Assembly (NCBI RefSeq): GCF_009914755.1
Contig: NC_060930.1
Strand: one strand, 5' to 3'
Length of the DNA: 64,000 bases
Source: the human T2T-CHM13v2.0 reference genome, Homo sapiens
Positions within the stretch are counted from its first letter, which is position 1, and each line of letters starts with the position of its first letter. This document shows positions 53,801-64,000 of this stretch, piece by piece. Under the pieces are notes generated by a model that worked only from the letters and a program-made list of their open reading frames with translations, did no database searches and was not told the origin of the DNA. The translations under genes and the position numbers were made by a program.

Positions 53801-56038
53801 TATAAATGTATATATTATAGCATAGTAATTAACAGGCTATTCAATTTAAGATTATTTTAAATTCCTCACATATCAAAATCTGAGTTATTTAGACACTTTA
53901 TGAGTTGCCTAAATTTGAATCAACACTATTAGTTTTCTAAAGTTGCGTAATTTGTATTTAATTCATTGTTAGTTTTCTGAAACTAGTAATCCAACTTAGT
54001 ATTGGGATTTCTGAGGTCCTAATCTGCCAGTAGAAAGAAGGCAGTTGAAATATTTTAAAAAATCAATCCTTTTTTTTATTTGTGGGCAAAAGACATGTAA
54101 GTGAATTAGTTGATTAAAATATAAGGTATTTTTCTACAATACAAAGCTATTTTTATCTATTCTGTGAAGAAATACTGGCGAGTTGATGCTTAAAGCCCTG
54201 GAAATATTTATGTTTTAGCCTCAGGGAAGATTTATGTTTTGGAAAAACTTACAGTTGGCTCGTTCGACATGGAGGTGATTTATATCTCTTTCGTTAGATG
54301 ATTAATTTGAGAATAACTCCTTCTGCCCTTTTGTTTATAGTTTGCTTCTGTTTCAAAAGGCATTTTAAATTGTTTTCATCAAAAGTCCAAATTATGCATT
54401 TTAAACCTCAATCAGTAAAACTTTCTTTCCTAAAAGTGCTATGCATTGACAATTTGTGACTTTTACAAAAGAGTTATTTTATTTCATGTTGAAATACTCA
54501 GCAATCTAGAAAAATAAATTAAAATGTATTTTAAATGCCATTAGAAAATTATAAGATGGGTAAGCCTTTTGAAAAATTATATGCAGCAAAGCACGTATTT
54601 ATTTCAGCCATAAATCTACATTAAAATCAGTTTAATTCAATTCTATTCTAAGCATTTAAAAATCTTTGTGGTAATGCCTTATATTGATATATTAAATGGA
54701 ACTAAAAAATGATTGGTCTCTAAAAAGGATTCGAATTATATTAATTCCAATTAACTGATTTTAACAAACCAAAAACCCATGCAGCTTAGCTCAGGAATTA
54801 TACAGATCAAGGGACCAGGCTACCTGAGTTTGAACCTAACCATGTTTCTTGACCTTTCTGTGTCATCTATAAAATGTGATACTAATATTTCCTATTGTAT
54901 AGTGTTGTAGTGATGATTAAGTGAGTTAATATATGTAAAGATTTTAGAACAATGCCTGGCTTCTAGTAAATACTATTTAACTCTTAGCTATTGATGTTAT
55001 TGTTAGTTAATATGCTAAATGTGAATGGCAAAAATATCAATAGCAATGAGCCTAAAGTTCTTTATGAAATAATTGCTGACAAATGTTTATAGAGAACTTT
55101 TATAAAATCACAGGATTTTTATGGGTAGAATTCCTTCATCTTAAGAAAACTATTAACTATAAACTGAATTCTAAGTATTCCTTTTATAACCAGTGTAAAC
55201 TTCATGAGAATAAGAACCTTGTCTATCTTATTTACAACTGTATCCCCAGAGACTAAAAGTATTTGATGTAGTATAGGTACTCAATAAATATTTCTTCTTC
55301 ATAGGTAGAGGAAACAAATATTTTTTACTGACAAACAAATTATTAAAGTAAAATATCACCCAATCCTACAGTGAAAATATCTACAGAAAACTATAACATC
55401 ACTTACTTGGATATCATAATGAGGAGGAGATTCCCTCTTTCCAGCTACCAAACCTAATTAATTTAGGACAGGTGGTCACCTTCTCCCATATTAAAAATTT
55501 TCAGCAATAACAATATTAATGTCACTTACTACCCCTGATTATTTTTGATCAATTTGAAAGTCACGCTTTTTGTGAGAAACAGGAATTATCTCTTTAAGAC
55601 TCCTATTATCTGTTCATTATTCTGCAGACATGAACAAAAGCTTTATATAGCTTAATCCATTACTAAAGTCATATTTTGCAAAATAGAGAAACACTGGATG
55701 TAAGGCCAGGAAACCAGATTCTATCCTTAAATATGAACTATTTTGATTTATTTAGTTATTTTAGCTTGGGCATATCACTTAGTAATATGTAAGGGTCAAA
55801 CAGGATGTTGTTAAGGTCATTTTCAACTCTAAAATTCTGTTATTTTCTCTTTTACCTTTCCTAAGGAATTCAATTTCCTTTAGCTGTATACCATCTAATA
55901 TCTATCTCCTTAATAATATTGTTCTTTTCCTTAAATCCCCTCTATTTTATCACATTATTTTAAAAGGATAGAGAATAAATGTAAGGAATATTTAAGTCAG
56001 ACACATGCCCAATATAGAGAAAGGATTAGACTTACCAG

Positions 56039-56497
56039 TGTCAAGAACTGTAAAAGATATGAGATTTTACCCAACTTGAATAATAACAACTTAGCCTGCC
56101 ACAGTTTCATCAATCCTGGCAGAAGACATGAAACTTCTGAGTCAGAGAAAAAGGCATTATTACTCATGGCAGCAAGCAGCATGAGCCTTATGTTTGTTTT
56201 GGTTGCCCTTGCCCCCAGGTACCAGAAACAACCCAGGTAGGTGCCACATATTCAGTGGGTTTGCATCACAGCAAAGTAGGGAAGGCAAATTTTTAAAAAA
56301 TGGATTGCAGGCAAACTTGCCCTTTGCCAAAAGGGAGACTTTATCTTTAACATTCTAAACAGTAAGCAAATCTATCCTTGCTTTGCGGCATAAACATCCT
56401 TTAAAAGATAGCCCAGAACAAAAGGGTGGTTAGTACCTCCCTCGTAAGACATGCAGAAGCACAAAAGCCTCATGGAAAGACCCATTGTCTCTCAACA
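56039..56497 (-). mobile_element. MER74-like LTR (ERVL class)
   Basis: TG...CA termini; TTAGCCTGCCACAGTTTCAT...GGCAGAAGACATGA motif; family by eye. Confidence 0.65.
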
Positions 56498-56850
56498 ATA
56501 CCATTTTTCATTTCTATACTGTCTTGGTGTCTGGCAAATTTTTTATGAGTATACCACTCCATTAACAGCTCTGATTAATATTATCAATAGAGACTGTGAC
56601 CAAAACTATTCAATTTGTCTCATATAGCATTTAATTAAAGGCTACTGTTAATAGAACGCCAAGCAAGTAGATGAGGCCAGCCTGCACTATTGATCTCAAC
56701 CCTGTCCCCCAGGATTGCAAACTCAAACAGCCGAATAGATCCCATAAATCATCCAAGTCTATCTTAGAAAGCCAGATGATTTGCTCCCTACGTTTCTGAA
56801 TTGGCCTTTCTGCTTGATTTGAGGCATTAATTCAGGAACATCAACAAAGA
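56498..56850 (-). pseudogene. ERV internal remnant with env transmembrane-subunit coding trace
   Basis: Minus-strand translation from 56840: CS*INASNQAERPIQKRREQIIWLSKIDLDDLWDLFGCLSLQSWGTGLRSIVQAGLIYLLGVLLTVAF; lies just upstream of the 3' LTR. Confidence 0.65.
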
Positions 56851-58830
56851 CAAGGACATTTTTTAGAAAACTGCAACAGACTCAGTGTGTCTCCGACTTT
56901 GGCCCAAGTGGGCAACCATAAGGATACTGAGCTAACAGTGTACTAAACCAAGTAGTCTTTATCTTTTTTTATTTAGGACCATGTCAAGGAATAAGAATAT
57001 CCAGCTGGCAGAGCCAGAATTAAGTTTGAATCCTCTAGATTCCCTTTTGGCTAGGTTTCTACCCTACAGGTGTAAAGATAGTTCAGAACCTAGAGCAGTT
57101 AGTGCCTCACTCACAAGATAAATAGAAATGCAAAAGACTCAGAGCATTGTTGCCAACAACCAGCTCTTGGGCATTGCATTTGTTTATGAACAAATATTAG
57201 CAAATGTTGCTCTTTTGTTTACCACACCATGGCTAACTATACCGCTGACTCATTCAGCTTACAATCAGCTCTAGTCCCGGAGTATCTTTTTTTCTGGTGT
57301 TTTTCTATTCTTACTTCTCTTCAGTCTATACTGTTGATTTTTCATTCCATTTCTTGTAGAATGCTGTCCTATTTCACAGCCACTTCTTAGTTTCCTATAT
57401 AATCTATTCTGGAAAGTTTAATACCTTCATGTATCAAAAATGTCAAGGGTCACTCTGTGTCTTCACTCTGATAATATTGACCTGAATCCCCAGTAATGGA
57501 TTAAGATAAAGCACATTCAAATATATCTTATTTTCTAAAGATTTATTTGGAAGTGCAAGTAGAATATATTAGAAGTAGATAGAGTTTGGGGGTCAGACAT
57601 ACTTGCTTTAAGAGCTCAGCTCCACCATTTATTTACCATGTTATCTTTAGAGAATTCATCTTCTCATCTATAAAGGGAATGCTTCTATTTCTTAGAGTTG
57701 TTAAAATTAAATAAGATCATATATTAAAGTAACTGGTGGAATTCCAGACACACTAGCAGGTATGCAATACATATCAATTCTCTATCCCCTTCTTAATTTA
57801 CTATTGTGAATGTGTGGAGGCCATCAAAGAATGTATTGAAATGATATTGAAATGTTGCACTAGGGCTTCCACATTTTGCTTCTGTGCAAACATGGAAGTC
57901 TTTTTGTATGTTATGCATTATTATTTTACTTACTATTATTTGCTTGTTATGGTTCTGTAATATGCACTCTATATCTGAGAATATAATGAATCTCAAATTA
58001 TCTTGATTTACTCAAGGACTTTTTTAGAAACTTGAAAATAACATTCTGATTGCTCCATTTCATTGAAATATTAAAACACCAATTGTAATTTACTTTCATG
58101 CCAACTTTCTAGTGACTGGTAAATTGAAAATTAGGGTTTTTTTCTGACTTTGATAGATTCACAATCTGATTATTTGGAAGTCACATACTACCCATGTTAC
58201 CAACCCAATAGACTGGAAAGTGACACTGGAACAACCTGAGCATGTATGTAACACATCATAACTAATCTTATTAATGCCATTAGTACTGAATTGGAGTTAC
58301 ACTGACACAACCTTACCTTATTTAGTCCATAAAATTAGGTAGTTCGACCGATTAACCCTGTTTCTAAAAGGTTATGTTTAAAGAAATATTTGTATATAGA
58401 CTTATTTTTTCATTGACCTGCAATATAATTCCCATAGAAATGAAGTTAGCCCTCAGATGTATTTAGATATCATATTTCTAACATTTTTAACGTTCAGTCT
58501 TTTTTGTCAATATAAAAATTGCCAGCATATATTTTTCCATTTAACACCCACAAATTGTGAATAAATAAACAATGCAACTACATTTCACTTTATTTAGTGC
58601 ATGTATTACCAAAATTAGCCATATTGTTAATTCTTAATTCATAGGGAGGGAGATCTCACAGATTTTATGAATGAAGAATTAACTATAAATATTTAAGGAT
58701 CCACTCTGGCATTTTTTCAAATGTTCTGCAGAATTAACAAGACTTGTTCAATTTGTAACATCATTCTGCCTGATTCTGTCACCAATAAGTACAAATTGAG
58801 TCTAATGACAAAATGATAAAAAGATATTTT

Positions 58831-59137
<307 letters not shown>

Positions 59138-59449
59138 TCACATGATATGAATAGCCATTTTTTGTCATCCAAATTATTAACAAATCACTGCAATTTCAGA
59201 AAAGCTTCTGTTAACAGTAATGACAACTTATCATCTTTGTACTTTAGAATAAGTTGCCAGGTATGAAAATTAGGGCAATTCCTTACTATTTCAAGTGCTA
59301 AATTTGAATCTGTATGTAATAAGTAAACTTTGAGTATTAGCTTATTTGCCTTAACTTGTTTAATGTTTTAAATAAAATTGTAGTACTTTTCAAGTAAATT
59401 CATTTACAGGATTAAAGAATCAAACAGTACTGTTAAAGGCTTATAATAA

Positions 59450-60225
59450 AAAATACCATTTCAATAAATGCATTGGGGACAACTACATAGCATTTGGGAA
59501 AACACAAATTTGGGTTTGTACATGACTACTGTGACAATGTAAATATCAGATGGATCAAGATTTTAAAGGTGAAAACTAAACCACAAAAGTCCTAAAGAAA
59601 ACATAAGAATTTTAAAAATAATTAAGCATAACTTTTAAAATATATTTTAAACTGGAGGTATAAATAGAAAAAAGATAGTATATTTTACTGCATGAGCAAA
59701 CAACTCCTATATAGGGGAAAAAATACCCCACTAAACTAAATCAATTGGCCAGCTGGGAAAAAATATTTACAACTCACATCATAACAAACAACTACATATC
59801 CAAATATAGAGAGAAATTCCTCCAAATCAATTTTTTTAAATCCCAAGAAGAAAGAATAATATGGCTTTTAAACATATGAAATAGACCTAAATTCACTCAT
59901 CATTTAAAAAATATAAAGTAAAACACCTCTGTGATACTAGTTTTCGCTTATAAGATTGGAAGTGGTCAAAAAGTTTGATAGTACACTATGTTAGCAAATG
60001 TTGAGAAACATACCTATACATTTTAGGGCAAGTAGGTATGGATATAATCTTTATGGAGGGCAATTTGATACTGTCTGTCAAAGTTTCACTCTAGGCTCAT
60101 TCATTTATAAAATTACACATGTACCAGGTTGTTCATTTCCATATTGCTTGTAATAGTAAAAAAAAAAAAATAGAGACAACCTAGATGTCTAGCTACAGAT
60201 GAATGGTTAATAAAGTTATAAAACT
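59450..60225 (+). mobile_element. Ancient L1M ORF2 3' fragment
   Basis: TTCAATAAATGCATTGGGGACAACT, AGATGGATCAAGATTT and similar motifs. Confidence 0.6.
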
Positions 60226-60230
60226 TTTTA

Positions 60231-60593
<363 letters not shown>

Positions 60594-63500
60594 TCATGTG
60601 CAGAGCTAAGTGGTGTACCTTTTCTTTCTTGAATAGTTTGTCGTTTGTTTCGGTTTGTTTTTTTTCTGGCATTTCTAATTCTTTCTACTTTCCCTGTTAT
60701 TGCCTTCCATATTTTTCAAATTTTCTCATTGAGTTTCTTGTTTTCTGAGAGTATCATTCAGACCTGCTATTCCATCTGTTGTAGGGAGCTTTCTAAGCCA
60801 TCTGCAGAATTCCCATTCTGTGACTACCTTTATTTTTTTCTCTGAGTTGATTCCACTGCCGCTTGTTTTCCTTGTCATCTCCATTCTTGGTTTTACTCCT
60901 TCGTTTATGTGAACATACCTTTATACAAATTATGGAAAAAATTTGAAAGGAAGGTACGTCTTCTGGGATTTTACACATCTAAAAATGTTTTGTTTTGTTT
61001 TTTCACTTTCACACTTGATTGATAGTTTATCTGAGCATAGAATTCTTGCTTGAAAATTATTTCCCTAAGAATTATAAAGATTTTTCTTGAGTGTCTTCTA
61101 ACACATGTTGCTGCTGAGAAGTCTAATGCCTATGGATTCTTTTTCCTCTTGTGCTCCCAAGAAGAGAGAAAACAAGAATACTTTCTTCTCCAGAAAGTCT
61201 TCATTCAAGAAAGCAGAAGGGAGGGACATTTTCTACATTTCCTTTCTGGTTGAGTAGAACTACACTTACCTCTCCTCCTTCACCTGTGCCGTGTGATTCA
61301 TGATTGAGCCTTATGATCTATGAGAGCATCTCTATGTAGTGATGAAGCACTTGATGTTTAGACATTCTTCTCATAATAGAGCCTACTTTTTCAGACCATT
61401 GTCTTGTGTGAACTCAACAATCCTTATACTATTGCAATCTTAATCCTCCTAAGAAAATGGATGCTTCTGGCAGAAAGGAGGAAGGCCAGTAGAAAGAAGT
61501 TAAAAAGAGACGATACTTCAATCTATATTTTTAAAACTTAAAAAAAAATTATTACAGCATGGAGCATTTTTCTCCTCTTAAACGTTTGATTTTCAACACC
61601 TCACTCAATTGCAAATTGAGTGATATTGTATAAACCATCTTCACAGTTATCAGCATTAAATACCTAGGTCTTTCATGTAGTATGTGAGTATTTCTGTACT
61701 GATTTATTTTTTAAGCCAAAAATTACTAGATTAAGTTTCCCATGGTCTAGTCATTTATGTTGCATAACCCAAATGCAAAAGTTACCCATGATATTAAATT
61801 TGAAATTACATGTATATCATGCTGCCCATTGTTCCAAAAACATTGGAAGACATTTTAAAACCACATATGTATAGATTGTTCCTTCTGTCTGCAGTAGAAC
61901 CATGTTCATGTTTTCACGTGGCCACTGACCTTTGGCAAAGCCAATTCAAAAATTCAGACTATTATCATCATCAGACAAATCATTAAAATGGAGTCAATCA
62001 TACACCCACTTGCATAAATCATTAAGACAGATGATACAAATGGATTTGACAGACCATGACCTACCAATTTTTTACTTGTCAACAAAGCTTAGAGTTAACT
62101 GAAATAAAACCATTTCATTTAGTAGGTTACTGCCAAAATATAACAAATCTATACAAAGTTTTTCATAGTCAAGAATAATTTAAAAGACAAAATTACCAAA
62201 ATATGAATGTGCTTATGATAAATAAGTGCTAGTAAACCCAGAATAATTACCAAAGCTAAAACTACACCATTAAAAATGATATAAGCATTTTAAATAACTT
62301 GATTGTTTCTATTTTTAGTAGTTAATGGTTTGTATAGATACTTTAATCTCTTCTGTTCATGTTGTTTTTTCAGAAAATAAGTACTTAATCCTAATCAATG
62401 TGAGATAAATTAAGGAACGCAGGTTATATTTCTTCTTTTAATGAAGGGCAAACTCCTCCAGATGTAAGCATAGCATCTATTTGCAGTACTGCCACATAAG
62501 AAGTAAAAATAGCTTGGATTATTTTGGTATCAAGTAGGATTTGTAGATGAAGAATATTATCTAAATTGGATTTTCCATAGCTATGGCAGTTAATATTCTA
62601 ACTGCTGCAGAAGTACCAAGAGAAATGCAAAGAATCAGAATCTTAGCAGTCATTCATCCATTCGACACCTACTAACTGCAAGGCACACTGCTGGATAATA
62701 TGCAGTATGGAAAGTGAGGACATACACAACTTAAAAAATGGAAAGTCTCATAATAGGAGCAAAAATTATTGTTAGAAGAGTGCTTATGAGAAGTACAGAT
62801 ATCACAACATCATTCCAGATTCACAGACTCTATGTTCTATTATTCAATTAAAAATGTTTTTAGCTTTATTGGCTTAAACAATAGCGACAGAGAACAAGTT
62901 ATTTCAGGACCTATATAATAAAAAGATAAGTTTTCTGAGTTCAAAAAACATGGGAAAAGATTATGATTAAAATATATTCCTGCAACCACATGGAACGATC
63001 ATATTTCATTGTGTCCCATGTCTGAAATGATTCCAGGTCTCCATATGAAATTGTTAAGTTTTAAAAGCACTATGTGTAACCTCTAATTTTTAAATTTTTG
63101 AAGGCAGGATAAAATTGTTCACCCAGTTAGGGAACTGGTTTACTACAATTGGTAATGATTGAATCATTCTTGTCCACCCTAATATTTCACGAGATTTTCT
63201 TTCTAGCACAGCTCTTCCTATTCTCTCTTATCAGTGCTTCCGGGGAGATTTGTCAAGGCCTTTATTAGTGTGTGGAAGAGACGCTAGTGTTCCTTGTTTC
63301 ACAGATATCTATTTCCTAGTACACACTGACTACTGATTTTGATAAAATGATAGGCTTTTATACAAACATAGAATTCCTTTTCTAAACACTTGTGCACCCT
63401 TAGGAAAATTTTTTTCTTATGATAATTGGATAAAATAACATAACATAAAGCTGGTCACCCTCTAATTTATTAACATAAACATTCTTAAATTCTACTTCTC

Positions 63501-64000
63501 AGAACTAATGTAAAAGTCACTTCCTTTCTGGCTGCTCTAGAGGTTAAAAAAAATTATGGCACTAATAGAGAAGTGAGGAAAGTTAAAATTAAAAAAAAGA
63601 AAAATTACTTCTTGAGAGTGGACTATATATTATATTTTTACTTATTTGCTTTTTTCTTTTATAAAACTCATTTCCTATCCTAGAACAATTCATTTTCAAG
63701 AGAAGAAAGTGCACGTATAAAACAAAATTTCATTCCGATGTCCCCAACTTAAAACTTTATTCCTGTTATTCCCATGTTAAAGGCACAAAATTTTCTGTAA
63801 AAACAGATAAATTCTGTTTTCCATTTTATTTTCATACATTCTATTTGAAACACAGAAAATCCCCTAGTAGTAGTTTAGAATTTATGCAGATTCTAGTTAA
63901 TCTTATGTTTCAAGTCTATGAAGCATATTCTAAAGCAATAATCATAACACTTAAAATACACTTGCATAACATTTTTGTTGAAGTGGGTATTAGGTATCAT

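Noticed and set aside
53788-53807. Perfect 20-bp palindrome ATTTATATGTACATATAAAT
   Set aside because: Lies in a low-complexity TA-rich tract where such palindromes arise easily.

Overview
Human (primate) genomic DNA, almost entirely intronic. Three small phase-0 Gly-X-Y exons on the + strand (28397-28450, 39007-39060, 40666-40701) spell [48 protein letters not shown], which I recognise as collagen XIX alpha-1 (COL19A1, a FACIT collagen). The dominant feature is a full-length, TSD-flanked L1HS Ta-1d retrotransposon (15119-21172, sense to the gene) with intact ORF1, ORF2 and antisense ORF0. It has an interrupted poly(A) tail and extra AATAAA signals just downstream, the layout of a 3'-transduction source element. 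From memory (unverified), the 3' flank matches the tag of the AC002980 transduction lineage. Its ORF1p carries R159C, so this allele may be attenuated. Upstream, a full-length older L1PA8-like element lies on the - strand, inside a ~190-bp locally copied patch of unique DNA, which is itself inside an ancient L1M. The rest is Alus, MIR/L2, MER DNA transposons, Tigger1, solo LTRs and an ERV remnant with a readable env TM segment. I found no CRISPR array, no RNA gene and no wholly new gene system; the best leads are retrotransposon lineage biology and local repair/template-switch scars. Subfamily names and boundaries of old repeats are by eye and approximate.
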